Source of the DNA: Desulfobacterales bacterium
GTDB taxonomy: Bacteria > Desulfobacterota > Desulfobacteria > Desulfobacterales > UBA5616
NCBI GenBank assembly: GCA_046483495.1
Contig: JAWODC010000064.1
Location: 32,001-96,000 of the forward strand
Direction of reading: 5' to 3'
Length of the DNA: 64,000 nt
Part shown: piece by piece, positions 41,993 to 52,179 of the stretch
Numbering within the stretch: the stretch's first letter is position 1
How the letters are laid out: every line of letters begins with the position of its first letter
The notes under the pieces: model-generated
Database searches by the model: none
The model's input: only the letters and a program-made list of their open reading frames with translations
Told to the model about the DNA's origin: nothing
Position numbers and translations under genes: made by a program

Positions 41993-43015
41993 ATGAAAGC
42001 AGCCTGTTACCATGGTTTGCGGGATATCACCTGTGAAGACATCGAAAAGCCCGCGATTATCGAACCCACCGATATTATCGTTAAAGTGGAGGCCTGTGGG
42101 ATCTGCGGATCGGACCTTCACTCGTATAAGCTTGGGCTCTTTCCGGAAATCAGCATGGATACACCCAAGGGGCGGGTTCCCGGACATGAATTCGGCGGTA
42201 CGGTGGTTGAAACCGGGAACCGGGTGGAAGGAATCGAAACCGGAGACCGGGTCACGTGCATCGCCATGGGCGCCATGGCGGAATATGTGCGCGTGAGCAA
42301 TGCATTTCCGGATCTGACGGTATATAAGCTGCCGGATGAAGTCGATTTCGAAGAGGCTGCAACCGTAGAACCGCTGGCCACCTCGCTTCATGCCGCCCGA
42401 AAGGCCGAACCGGCCGAAGGGCAAACCGCGGTGGTGTTCGGTGCAGGAATCATCGGTTTGGGGATTATCCAATGCCTCAAGGCCATGGATATTCGACTTG
42501 AGCACATCATCGCCGTGGATGTATCCGACAGGCGCCTGGAAATCGCCCGCAAGCTCGGCGCAACGCATTGCGTCAATGCCCTTCGTGAAGATCCGTACGA
42601 AAAGGCCGTGGCGCTCACCGGCACCATTCCGTTTTCCTTGATGCCGGATGCGGGGAGCTTCCCCGCGGTAGATATCGTATATGATGCCGTCGGCTATATC
42701 GTCGAGCGCTCCGGTGTGCCGGTGTTCCAGCAGGCACTCCATATTGCCCGTGAAGGGGGCAGTGTGGTAGTCGTCGGGGTGTTCGAGCAAAACGTTACGC
42801 TGGATCTTTCCGATCTGGTAACCAAGCAGGTCAATGTATTCGGATCATTTGCCTATACGCCTGATGAGGTTAAGCAGTGCATCGAATGGATCAAAGCGAA
42901 AAAAGTCGACCGAAAAATGCTGATCAGCCATATTATGACTGTCGATCGGTGCAAGGATGCTTTTGACACGCAAGCCGATTTCGACGGATCCGTCAAAGTG
43001 CTGATCAAGCCCTGA
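41993..43015 (+). CDS. Zn-dependent medium-chain alcohol dehydrogenase
   Basis: CGICGSD, GHEFGG, EP and GAGIIG motifs; GGAGG RBS. Confidence 0.88.
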   Translation: MKAACYHGLRDITCEDIEKPAIIEPTDIIVKVEACGICGSDLHSYKLGLFPEISMDTPKGRVPGHEFGGTVVETGNRVEGIETGDRVTCIAMGAMAEYVRVSNAFPDLTVYKLPDEVDFEEAATVEPLATSLHAARKAEPAEGQTAVVFGAGIIGLGIIQCLKAMDIRLEHIIAVDVSDRRLEIARKLGATHCVNALREDPYEKAVALTGTIPFSLMPDAGSFPAVDIVYDAVGYIVERSGVPVFQQALHIAREGGSVVVVGVFEQNVTLDLSDLVTKQVNVFGSFAYTPDEVKQCIEWIKAKKVDRKMLISHIMTVDRCKDAFDTQADFDGSVKVLIKP

Positions 43016-43091
43016 CGAAAACGGGCTTTTCCACCAGTGGATTTCTCCTTGCCGCCCTTAGTCGAAAACGGCGGCTCCGAAAGGAGGGGTT

Positions 43092-44633
43092 ATGATGTAT
43101 CACCACAGCACGTATGCACGAAAAAAACCCGACACTCCCGCTTATTATATGGCTGAAAGCGGTGAAGCAGTGACGTGGAGCATGCTCAACCGGCGCATCA
43201 ATCGCCTGGTCCGGTATTTCAGAGACATCGGGCTGGCACCCAAAGACCATATCGCCATCTGCATGGAAAACAATGCCCGCTTCTTTGAAGTGACCGGCGC
43301 CGCCGGAGATGCAGGCCTGATATTCACCTGCATCAGCACCCATTTAAAAGTCAGCGAAACAGAGTATATCATCAATAACTGCGAGGCCGTGGTATTCATC
43401 ACATCCTATTCCCAAAAAGAGCTTGCCGAAGCCCTGCGCGGCCGCACTCCGAATGTGCGCCATCGGCTGATGACCGGCGGCACGATCGAAGGCTATGAAT
43501 CTTACGAGGATGTTACCGGCCGGTATCCCACCGATCCCCTGCCGCTCGGAATGGCCGGCCGGGCCATGCTTTACTCCTCAGGAACGACCGGCCTTCCCAA
43601 AGGAGTGCTTTCCACGGTTGAAGATCGGCCGGTCGGGGAGCTGGGACCTTCCGGAGAAATAATGATTTCGCTGTATCGAATGAATGAAGACACCGTGTAC
43701 CTTTCCCCGGCTCCGCTTTATCATTCGGCCCCTCTGGTGTTTTGCGGCATAACCCTTGCCGTAGGCGGCACCGTTATCGTCATGGAAAAATTCGATGCTG
43801 AAAAATCGCTTGCACTGATCGAAAAACACCGGGCTACCCACAGTCAATGGGTTCCCACCATGTTTATCCGGATGCTGAAGCTTCCAAAAGAAGTCAGGGA
43901 AAAATACGACATTTCCAGCATGAAGCTTGCCGTTCACGCCGCAGCGCCCACACCGGTTGAAATCAAAGAGCAGATGATCGAGTGGTGGGGCCCCGTTTTT
44001 CTCGAATATTACGGCGGTACGGAAGGCAGCACCATGATTATGATTTCATCAGAGGAGTGGATGCAGCACAAAGGTTCGGTTGGAAAATGCTATATCGGCA
44101 AAATCCACATACTCGATGAGAATGAAAACGAAATGCCGGTAAGAGAACCGGGGTTGATATACATTGAAGACGGAAACCCTTTCGAGTATCACAAGGAGCC
44201 GGAGAAAACGGCGGAATCAAGGACTTCCAGGGGATGGTCCACCATGGGAGATATCGGGTACCTCGATGAAGACGGGTACCTTTATCTGACCGATCGAAAA
44301 TCCAACATGATCATCTCCGGCGGTGTGAATATTTATCCCCAGGAAACGGAGAATCTCCTGACCCTCCATCCAAAGGTGCTGGATGTAGCGGTTTTCGGTA
44401 TACCCCATGAAGAGTTCGGGGAGGAAGTAAAAGCGATTGTCGTTCCCGCCCGTTTAGATGAAGCAGGTTCTGAACTCGAGGAAGAGCTCCTGTCATACTG
44501 CAAGGAGAATATCTCCCATATTAAATGTCCCAAAAGCATTGAATTTCGCGAGAATCTGCCGCGGACTCCCACCGGAAAACTGCTGAAACGATTATTGAAG
44601 GAAGAATACCGGCATAACGGCCGAAGCATTTAG
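43092..44633 (+). CDS. Acyl-CoA synthetase (AMP-forming)
   Basis: YSSGTTGLPKG, YGGTE, GDIG and PRTPTGK motifs. Confidence 0.92.
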   Translation: MMYHHSTYARKKPDTPAYYMAESGEAVTWSMLNRRINRLVRYFRDIGLAPKDHIAICMENNARFFEVTGAAGDAGLIFTCISTHLKVSETEYIINNCEAVVFITSYSQKELAEALRGRTPNVRHRLMTGGTIEGYESYEDVTGRYPTDPLPLGMAGRAMLYSSGTTGLPKGVLSTVEDRPVGELGPSGEIMISLYRMNEDTVYLSPAPLYHSAPLVFCGITLAVGGTVIVMEKFDAEKSLALIEKHRATHSQWVPTMFIRMLKLPKEVREKYDISSMKLAVHAAAPTPVEIKEQMIEWWGPVFLEYYGGTEGSTMIMISSEEWMQHKGSVGKCYIGKIHILDENENEMPVREPGLIYIEDGNPFEYHKEPEKTAESRTSRGWSTMGDIGYLDEDGYLYLTDRKSNMIISGGVNIYPQETENLLTLHPKVLDVAVFGIPHEEFGEEVKAIVVPARLDEAGSELEEELLSYCKENISHIKCPKSIEFRENLPRTPTGKLLKRLLKEEYRHNGRSI

Positions 44634-44657
44634 GTGTTATTTGGTGCATCCAGAACA

Positions 44658-45449
44658 CTATTTGATAATTCTGAGCCGGTGGCTGTCCTTTAAAGCCTCC
44701 CACAGGTGCTGAATAATAACGTCGGACGCGTTTTCAACTCCGAGATCCTCGTCGCCTGCCACCGTACGACAGGACGTCATCAGCCGGGGATTTTCATCCC
44801 GGAGACCGAAAGAATCCCTGATGTATTTTCCCAAGGTGGCATCGAGCAGAACAAGTTCGCTGAAGCCCATATTGGCGATCACCACCTTGTCCTTCAGCGG
44901 CAGTTCGGACACCAAACGGGTTACGGCCCTTGCCACCGTGTCGGGCAGATCGGATTTCGTCAGGGGAAGTTCAAAGGAGAGTGCGGCGTCATATTCGATA
45001 TGGCATAAATAAATCGCGCTCTCCAATATATCCATAGCGGCTTTGCAGATGCTGCTGTTTGGCGCCGTTTCTCCAGAAATATTGAGCACTTTGATATGGT
45101 AGGTCATCATCCATTTGCAAATCTGCGATGCGACTTCGAATCGGGAGCCGCCTTCCAGCGTGATGGCCAGAAAGGGCTTTTTCAAACGGCCGGCCCACCG
45201 GCACATGCTGCCTGCCGCATCATCGGATTGATTTTCGATAAAAAGCAGCGTGCCGTCGGAAAACCGAATATTTTTTTTCATGCAGCCCGATTCGCCTTCC
45301 GGCACTTCTCGTAAGCGGTATCTCGAGGGCAAAGCCTTTTTCGAGCCTACCGGAATCCAACCCCCGTGCGGGATATTCAATTCAATCGCGAGGTCGAGGG
45401 CCGACTGTTCGACACCCTCCCGGCCTCCGGTTAGAATTTTTTCAATCAT
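44658..45449 (-). CDS. SLOG/putative molybdenum-carrier domain protein with C-terminal helical domain
   Basis: TGGREGVEQSALD, GGWIP, SDGTL and LNISG motifs (degenerate); C-terminal LGKYIRDSFGL. Confidence 0.65.
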   Translation of the reverse strand: MIEKILTGGREGVEQSALDLAIELNIPHGGWIPVGSKKALPSRYRLREVPEGESGCMKKNIRFSDGTLLFIENQSDDAAGSMCRWAGRLKKPFLAITLEGGSRFEVASQICKWMMTYHIKVLNISGETAPNSSICKAAMDILESAIYLCHIEYDAALSFELPLTKSDLPDTVARAVTRLVSELPLKDKVVIANMGFSELVLLDATLGKYIRDSFGLRDENPRLMTSCRTVAGDEDLGVENASDVIIQHLWEALKDSHRLRIIK

Positions 45450-45663
45450 GCATTTTTCTCAAAGTTTAGCATCGGTAAGTTAACCGGCGCCCTTTTGCAC
45501 CTCTGCAGACCCTTTTCTGAATAAAAAGCCGTTGTCCATTCCATTGTATAGCTGCAAATATCCGGATCGTCAAGATCGAGGCGCGATGGGTATCGATGTC
45601 GTTTTCTGCGGAATATCTTGACTTTTTCACGAAATCATGAAGGCTTCTCTCGGGTTTCAATTT

Positions 45664-45678
45664 TGGCATATGAATTGA
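45664..45678 (+). promoter_or_regulatory. Possible sigma54 promoter
   Basis: TGGCAT-N5-TTGA (consensus TGGCAC-N5-TTGC) about 30 nt upstream of the next start codon. Confidence 0.4.
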
Positions 45679-45707
45679 GAAAATAATCCATGTAAACGGA
45701 GGTGAAT

Positions 45708-46370
45708 GTGAACGGATTTGCCAAACGCTTTGCTATCCCTGTGGCTGTGTCCGCGTGCCTTATCCTGTTTTTTATCCGCACCGGTTTCGCCGATACCGAA
45801 TTTGTTTACCGCCCGGAAATCAACCTGGTCGGCCCGCTGACGGAAAGACTTTTCTGGATAGCCGCCATCGATCCGAGGCTTTCTGATGATGCGCAAAAAG
45901 CCGATGAGATCGGGCTAAATGCCGGAATCAAATGGAAACATTACAGATTCGCCGCATTTACAGCGGATTACAAATATATCAGCAAGGGGGGAACGGACAA
46001 GCAAAACGAATCTCGACCCCGGCTTGCCGTTGAACTGTACGCCCCTTTGGGCAACTTTGGTGTGGCCCTGCGGAACCGGTTCGAGTACCGCATGAAAGAG
46101 GGGGAAGATGATTACTGGCGATACCGGGTGCGGGTCAAACTCAAATTTCCCGCAATTGGGAACACTATCCCATTTATCTATGAAGAAGTCCTTTACGAGT
46201 TCGGGGATATCGACGCGATTGACAGAAATGAGGCCGGCCTCGGCATTGCAACGCCTTTGGCGGAAAACCTCGGCCTCACGATTGACCTTCGGTTTCGCAA
46301 CAATAAATCCGACGGGGACTGGGAGACGGCAGAAAAACACCTGCTTACCGCGTTGACATACGCGTTTTAG
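45708..46370 (+). CDS. Putative outer-membrane beta-barrel protein (DUF2490-like)
   Basis: Signal peptide, RNRFEYR and WRYRVR motifs, amphipathic strands, C-terminal YAF. Confidence 0.7.
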   Translation: MNGFAKRFAIPVAVSACLILFFIRTGFADTEFVYRPEINLVGPLTERLFWIAAIDPRLSDDAQKADEIGLNAGIKWKHYRFAAFTADYKYISKGGTDKQNESRPRLAVELYAPLGNFGVALRNRFEYRMKEGEDDYWRYRVRVKLKFPAIGNTIPFIYEEVLYEFGDIDAIDRNEAGLGIATPLAENLGLTIDLRFRNNKSDGDWETAEKHLLTALTYAF

Positions 46371-46390
46371 TCATTTCTGGATGGGCACTA
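46371..46390 (+). repeat. Solo right terminus of the repeat family
   Basis: TCATTTCTGGATGGGCAC-TA is the reverse complement of the family left end. Confidence 0.7.
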
Positions 46391-46671
46391 GGCAATCATC
46401 CGAGCAGTGACAGACGGGTTGATGCGTTCGGCTGCCGTTTGCCGCACGTGCTCTATTCAGCCGTTTCGTATCTGAACGTCTTTAGATTGGAAGCATCCGC
46501 ATGAGGTCCCATCCTTTCATACAAATGCATACAAATTAATAAATAAATTATATTCAGCTAGCAGATTGCTTGACTTTGCCCTATTTATTTGGCAAAAAAA
46601 ACGATTTGATGAAATTGCCTTTCGTTTCTTTTATTTAAAGGCTGATGAAGGGCTATAAAACAGGAGGAATT

Positions 46672-47352
46672 ATGATCGTTGCGGAAAGAAAGCCTCTCGA
46701 CGAAATCAAAACCCTGGTAAAGGATTATCGTAAGGTTTTGACGGTCGGCTGCGGCACCTGCGTGGCCGTATGTCTGGCAGGGGGGGAAAAAGAAGCCGGC
46801 ATTTTAAATGCCGAATTGAAGTTGGCGCGCAATCGCGATTCAAATCCCATCGAGCTGGGCGGCATCACTGTCGAAAGGCAGTGTGATATGGAATTTCTGG
46901 ACGAGATCGAGGGGGTGGTCGATGAATATGACGCCATCATCTCGTTGGCCTGCGGCGCAGGAATACAATTTATCGCCGAGCGTTTTCCGGATAAACCGGT
47001 ATTGCCGGGAGTGAATACCACCTTTATCGGTGCAAATCGGGACGTCGGCTGGTATGAGGAAAAATGCCGGGCATGCGGCAGCTGCCTTCTCGGCTTGACC
47101 GGCGGCATATGTCCGGTCACCATGTGCGCCAAAGGCCTGTTTAACGGACCCTGCGGGGGGACCAACCAGGGCTCTTGTGAAATCAACAAAGACCAGCCCT
47201 GTGCCTGGTACCTGATCTATGAGCGGTTGGCCAAGCAAAACCGGCTGGATTTGATATTGGAAATTTGCCCGCCCAATGAATGGCGGAATACGACACCGCG
47301 CACCCTTATTCAACCGGCTTACAAGAGTCGGAATGAAGCATCAAAGGCCTGA
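46672..47352 (+). CDS. metV: Methylene-THF reductase small subunit MetV (copy 1)
   Basis: GCGTCVAVC, RQC, ACGAG and CRACGSC...CPVTMCAKGLFNGPCGG...C...CAW; AGGAGG RBS. Confidence 0.88.
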   Translation: MIVAERKPLDEIKTLVKDYRKVLTVGCGTCVAVCLAGGEKEAGILNAELKLARNRDSNPIELGGITVERQCDMEFLDEIEGVVDEYDAIISLACGAGIQFIAERFPDKPVLPGVNTTFIGANRDVGWYEEKCRACGSCLLGLTGGICPVTMCAKGLFNGPCGGTNQGSCEINKDQPCAWYLIYERLAKQNRLDLILEICPPNEWRNTTPRTLIQPAYKSRNEASKA

Positions 47353-47407
47353 ACCGGTACTTAACGGACGATCTACCGCTGGTGAATTCAATGATAAGAG
47401 GAAGAAT

Positions 47408-48337
47408 ATGGATATGAAGTCAGGCAGTAATCTCGAAAAAATCTTGAAAGCAGGACATTTTGCATTTACCGGAGAACTTGGGCCTCCCAGGGGCGCAAAT
47501 GTTGAAGTGGTCCGTGAAAAGGCCAAACACCTCGTCGGCCGTGTCGACCTGGTGAATATTACGGACAATCAGACCGCCATGGTACGAATGTCCAGCTGGG
47601 CCGCCTCTCTGATAGCTTTACAGGAGGGATTGGAACCCAATTACCAGATGGTCTGCCGGGACCGGAATCGATTGGCCATGCAGGCCGACATTCTGGGTGC
47701 GTATGCTCTGGGTATCCGGAATATCCTTTGCCTTTCCGGCGATCATATGCAATTCGGCGATCATCCCTATGCCAAAGGGGTATTTGATATCGATTCCATC
47801 CAACTTATCGGCATGGTTAAGAAAATGCGGGATGAAGGGCAGTTTCTCGGCGGAGCCGATATCGAAACGCCCCCAAAGCTGTTCATCGGCGGAGCGGCCA
47901 ACCCGTTTGCCGATCCCTTCGAATGGCGTGTATATCGCCTGGCCAAAAAGGTAAAGGCCGGCGTTGACTTCATTCAAACCCAATGCATTTACAATATGGA
48001 AAAAATGAGGGAATGGATCAAGCAGGCCAATGACATGGGACTGACCGAAAAGGTATATATTCTTGCCGGAATCACCCCCATGAAAAGTCTCGGTATGGCA
48101 CGGTATATGAAGCTGAAGGTGCCGGGAATGGACGTGCCCGATGATGTGATCAAACGCCTCCAAGGGGTGGATAAAAAGAAGCAGTCGGAAGAAGGCATCA
48201 AGATGGCCTGCGAACAGATCGAAGAATTAAGGGAAATGAAGGGTGTTCACGGGATACATCTGATGGCCATCGAGTGGGAGCATAAGGTACCCGAAATCGC
48301 CGAACGGGCAAAGATGCTGCCTCGGCCCCAGGTTTGA
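47408..48337 (+). CDS. metF: Methylene-THF reductase MetF (copy 1)
   Basis: ELGPP, NITDN, CRDRNR, LSGD, IQTQ and MAIEWE motifs. Confidence 0.92.
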   Translation: MDMKSGSNLEKILKAGHFAFTGELGPPRGANVEVVREKAKHLVGRVDLVNITDNQTAMVRMSSWAASLIALQEGLEPNYQMVCRDRNRLAMQADILGAYALGIRNILCLSGDHMQFGDHPYAKGVFDIDSIQLIGMVKKMRDEGQFLGGADIETPPKLFIGGAANPFADPFEWRVYRLAKKVKAGVDFIQTQCIYNMEKMREWIKQANDMGLTEKVYILAGITPMKSLGMARYMKLKVPGMDVPDDVIKRLQGVDKKKQSEEGIKMACEQIEELREMKGVHGIHLMAIEWEHKVPEIAERAKMLPRPQV

Positions 48338-48412
48338 TAGACGGCACCATCCAATGGGCAAACCAAAAGAGCGGCTTGCCCTTTATGAAAAAACAAATCA
48401 AGGAGTTTCCAA

Positions 48413-49603
48413 TTGAGTACTGAAAATAAATCTATACTGGTCATCGGAGGCGGAATAGCCGGTCTAACATCGGCCTGGGAATTGTCACGATTCGGCTACA
48501 ACGTTGAACTGATCGAGAAAACGTGCTTTCTGGGAGGACATGGCATCCAGTTCTGCTGCAAGGCCACGGATGAATGCGTTCAGTGCGGCGCGTGCTCAGT
48601 GGAAGACATGCTGAAAAAAGTCGTTGAAGCACCCAATATCACCATTCATCTCGCCACTGAGGTGGAAAGTATACATCGAAACGGCACATTTTCAGTTAAA
48701 TTGAAAAAAAGCTCGCTACAGACAGCTGATTCGGAGCAAGGAATCATTCAAGGAATCATTAAGGGATATTCCAAAAACAACCGGCCGCTTTATGTCGTAG
48801 TCGACCCACAGAAAGCCGATCATATTCCTGAGGACGCCGTGAATGTAAAGAATCTGGGCACGGACGGCCGACTGGAAGCGGATGCCGTGATTCTGGCCAG
48901 CGGATTTGAACCCTTCAGGGCCGAAATAAAATCGACGTATGGATACGGCCGATTTAAAAATGTCATCACCGGCATGGATCTCGAGCGCCTTAAACGCAAT
49001 TACGGAAGAGTGGTTCGACCATCCGATGAAAAGCCGCCGGAGCGTATCGCATTTATTCAATGCGTGGGAAGCCGGGATGAGCGGCTGGGGAATCTGTGGT
49101 GCTCCCAGGTATGCTGCCCTTATGCCATGCGAATGGCCAGAGACGTCAAATACAATAATCAAGAAGCGAAGATCACGATATTTTACATGGACATTCAAAA
49201 TGCAGGAAAGAATTTTCCTGAGTTTTACGCGAAATGCAAATCCGAAATGAAATTCGTCCGCACCATTCCCGTAGATGTCTTTCCTTTGGAAAACGACCGG
49301 CTCAAAATGCGGTATCTCGATGAACCAAACGGCACGCCGGTAGAGGACGAATTCGACCTTATTGTCCTGTCGATAGGGATTACACCCGGACCCGACAACC
49401 GAGCCCTGGCCGAACTGCTGGGCCTTAGCCTGAATAAGGACGGTTTTGTGGCAAGCACTGACTCTTTAAACCGGACCACAACCGCTGCAAACGGGGTTTT
49501 CATGGCGGGAACTATTGAAGGACCGAAGACGATTGCCGCCTCTATTGCCCATGCAGGGCATGCGGCCCGCGAAGTGATGAAATTTTTGGGGGTAAGCAAA
49601 TGA
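48413..49603 (+). CDS. Short HdrA-like FAD protein (QmoA-like size)
   Basis: GGGIAG, CCKATDECVQCGAC, FIQCVGSRD and WCSQVCC motifs; TTG start with AGGAG RBS. Confidence 0.85.
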   Translation: MSTENKSILVIGGGIAGLTSAWELSRFGYNVELIEKTCFLGGHGIQFCCKATDECVQCGACSVEDMLKKVVEAPNITIHLATEVESIHRNGTFSVKLKKSSLQTADSEQGIIQGIIKGYSKNNRPLYVVVDPQKADHIPEDAVNVKNLGTDGRLEADAVILASGFEPFRAEIKSTYGYGRFKNVITGMDLERLKRNYGRVVRPSDEKPPERIAFIQCVGSRDERLGNLWCSQVCCPYAMRMARDVKYNNQEAKITIFYMDIQNAGKNFPEFYAKCKSEMKFVRTIPVDVFPLENDRLKMRYLDEPNGTPVEDEFDLIVLSIGITPGPDNRALAELLGLSLNKDGFVASTDSLNRTTTAANGVFMAGTIEGPKTIAASIAHAGHAAREVMKFLGVSK

Positions 49604-51255
49604 CAGAACAGATTCAAACGGAGTGGGAAGAAATAAACATCAATACCGACGTCCTTGTGATCGGCAGCGGGTACACGGGACTTGCGGCAGCAAGGGAGAT
49701 CAGTGCATCCGGGTATCCGGTGATATTGGTTTCATCCGACAGCGCCGCTGCGGATTCGAGCGAAATCCGCCCGCTCGAGGGGTTGGAAGATTCCGCCCGG
49801 AAAGAACTTGCCGGACTCGCAAAAGAAGTCGAGTCGGATTCGAACATTAAAATGCTCAAAAAAGCACGCTTAGTCGACGCAAGAGGTGTTCCCGGAGATT
49901 TTACCGTTCGTCTGGCATATCCGCAAAAGGAAGAAGTGGAAGAAAAGGTCGGTGCGATTGTCATTGCCACCGAATTCTTCAGCAAACCGGCAAACGGCGC
50001 TTACAACCTTGCGCTCTCCGATCGGATTCTCTCGCTGTCGCAATTCGAGGAAATGATCAAAGGTCCAAAGAAAGATACATTTTCTGGAAAAACCATCGCC
50101 TTTGTTTTCGGTTTTGCCGGGGAAAGCACCCCCCTGGCCATGGAAAAAATATTCAGAGCGGTATTGGCCGCGGAATCGTTGGATGACTGTACGCCGTATG
50201 TATATGCCGGAAACCTGAAAGTCGCCTCTGAAGGGTTGGAGCGGTTGTTTTTGGAAAGCAGGGACCGGGGCGCTAACTATTTTAAATTAAATCAACCTCC
50301 CGTTATCGATGCCGATGGAAGCATTATTACCTTTACGGATCCGGTAACGAATTTGGAAATGGAAGCCGCACCGGACTACATTATTATCGAGGAAGAACTC
50401 AAAGCAGATGCAGCAAATGAACGCCTCTCCAACATTCTCCGCATCGATGCGGGTCCGGGGAATTTTCTGCAGACCGAGAATGTGCATCGCTTTCCCGTCC
50501 GTTCGAACCGTGAAGGCATATTCGTCATCGGCGGTTCACGAGACATACAGGGCATGCCCGCAGCCATAATGGATGTTGACAACGCCGTTTTGGAAATCAA
50601 AAACCTGCTGAAAGACGGCCGCATTACGACCCCGAAAAATAAGGCCCTACTGGATATTGGAAAATGCACGTTCTGCATTACCTGTTACCGCTGCTGTCCG
50701 CATGGCGCGATTTACTGGGATGAGACGAATAAACCCGTAATTTCTCTTGTCGCATGCCAGGCTTGCGGCATATGCGCCAGCGAATGTCCCATGGACGCCA
50801 TCCAAATCGGAAGCTACACGGATGCCGAGATCATGGATCTGCTCAAATCCACTGTCGAAGCCGAAACAGCAAACCCGCGAATCGTGGCGTTCTGTTGTCA
50901 GAATTCGGCTTATGAAGCCGGCTTGATGGCAGAATCATTCGGCTTGGAGTTGCCCGCCAACCTGCAGATCATTCGCGTGCCCTGCGCAGGCAAGGTGGAC
51001 CTTGAATACATTCTGAATGCTTTTGTGGAAGGAGCCGAGGGAGTTCTTGTAATGACCTGTCATCCGGGAAATTGCCTTTCGGAAAAGGGCAACACCTATG
51101 CCAAATGGCGCGTTGAAGATGCTCAACGCAGGCTGTCTGAAATCGGCATGGAGCCGGAGCGTCTCGGGTTCGTGACCCTTGCTTCAAATATGGGAAGCGA
51201 TTTTTCTTCGGCCGTGATTGAAATGCGGGATAAGCTGAATGATCTGAAAACATAA
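49600..51255 (+). CDS. Degenerate HdrA-ferredoxin-MvhD fusion (QmoB-like architecture)
   Basis: GSGYTG, CTFCITCYRCCP, CQACGICASECP, then MvhD motifs FCCQNS, VPCAGKV and CHPGNC. Confidence 0.85.
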   Translation: MTEQIQTEWEEININTDVLVIGSGYTGLAAAREISASGYPVILVSSDSAAADSSEIRPLEGLEDSARKELAGLAKEVESDSNIKMLKKARLVDARGVPGDFTVRLAYPQKEEVEEKVGAIVIATEFFSKPANGAYNLALSDRILSLSQFEEMIKGPKKDTFSGKTIAFVFGFAGESTPLAMEKIFRAVLAAESLDDCTPYVYAGNLKVASEGLERLFLESRDRGANYFKLNQPPVIDADGSIITFTDPVTNLEMEAAPDYIIIEEELKADAANERLSNILRIDAGPGNFLQTENVHRFPVRSNREGIFVIGGSRDIQGMPAAIMDVDNAVLEIKNLLKDGRITTPKNKALLDIGKCTFCITCYRCCPHGAIYWDETNKPVISLVACQACGICASECPMDAIQIGSYTDAEIMDLLKSTVEAETANPRIVAFCCQNSAYEAGLMAESFGLELPANLQIIRVPCAGKVDLEYILNAFVEGAEGVLVMTCHPGNCLSEKGNTYAKWRVEDAQRRLSEIGMEPERLGFVTLASNMGSDFSSAVIEMRDKLNDLKT

Positions 51256-51290
51256 TCACCCCCGGTGACCACCGAAAATCGACACTAAAG

Positions 51291-51343
51291 AAGACCTTTG
51301 AAAGTCCGTCCTGACAGGATCGGCTTCAAAGGTCTTTTTTTTT
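51291..51343 (+). terminator. Intrinsic terminator of metVF-hdr module 1
   Basis: AAGACCTTTGAA...TTCAAAGGTCTT stem followed by a long T run. Confidence 0.85.
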
Positions 51344-51425
51344 AAAATGTCCTTGTAAAAAATGGATCATGCCATTAATAATGAAGAAGAACCATCGCAG
51401 TGGATTTGCACAACAGGAGGTATTC

Positions 51426-51896
51426 ATGAAAAAACATATACTGGTTGCATTTGACGATTCTGAAAACGCAAAGCGGGCGGTAAACTATTTAGCCGAAATT
51501 TTAAACCCTGACAGTCATGTTACGCTTTTAAGTATCATGTTGGACACCGAAGCTTTGTGCAATATGAACAGCCCTGAGTTAACGCCCTATTTTAAATCTC
51601 AGCAAAGCAGCTTTTGCGTATTGGAAGACAAAAAAAAAGAACTATTGCAAAATGCCCTCGATCAGGCCAAAACAGCCCTTGTGGATGCCGGGTTCAAAGC
51701 ATCGAATATCAGGATTAAATTGAATCCCAAAAAGCACGGCATTGCCCGGGATATCCTGATTGAAGCACAGTCCGGATACGATCTGCTGGTAATGGGCAGA
51801 AGGGGTTTGTCCGGAATCAAGGATTTTTTCCTCGGGGGCGTATCACAGAAAGTTTTTTCACATGCAAAAGATATCTCCGTTTTGATCGTTAATTAG
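51426..51896 (+). CDS. Universal stress protein
   Basis: ILVAFDDSE and DLLVMGRRG...LGGVSQKV motifs. Confidence 0.9.
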   Translation: MKKHILVAFDDSENAKRAVNYLAEILNPDSHVTLLSIMLDTEALCNMNSPELTPYFKSQQSSFCVLEDKKKELLQNALDQAKTALVDAGFKASNIRIKLNPKKHGIARDILIEAQSGYDLLVMGRRGLSGIKDFFLGGVSQKVFSHAKDISVLIVN

Positions 51897-52042
51897 TATC
51901 CATCCGGAGTTAGAAGGTTTTGATCCTGATCCGGGCATGCGTTTCTTTTTGGAGCCACAGGAACAGTGAACCATTTTAAGGGCTTCAAAAAACGCCAGAA
52001 CGCCGCTTCAGTCTGGTCTCCATCCGGAAATGAGAAAATTCG
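51894..52042 (+). repeat. Degenerate repeat-family copy followed by a second left terminus
   Basis: TA-GTATCCATCCGG end, CCACAGGAA, AAGG and AACGCCG motifs, stem GCGTTT..GGAG/CTTC..AAACGC; CCATCCGGAAATGAGAAAATTCG at 52020-52042. Confidence 0.6.
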
Positions 52043-52104
52043 CTTCAGGTAGAGGCGGCCGGCAGCTCGATCTTCCCGTGACGTGCCGATAGGCCCAAAC
52101 ACCA

Positions 52105-52133
52105 TTGACAATCGCCAAACATGATTATATTTT
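52105..52133 (+). promoter_or_regulatory. Putative sigma70 promoter for the signalling cluster
   Basis: TTGACA-N17-TATTTT. Confidence 0.45.
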
Positions 52134-52179
52134 TGAAAAAATGTGTATCGGCAGCCGCTTTGTGTACTGTAATTTTTAC

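Noticed and set aside
46391..46671. SAM or THF riboswitch upstream of metVF
   Set aside because: No recognisable conserved aptamer motifs; the region looks like an AT-rich promoter
48355..48382. GGGCAAACC hairpin resembling a c-di-GMP-I riboswitch start
   Set aside because: Only a short single hairpin between metF and hdrA; no GNRA/receptor pair or second stem
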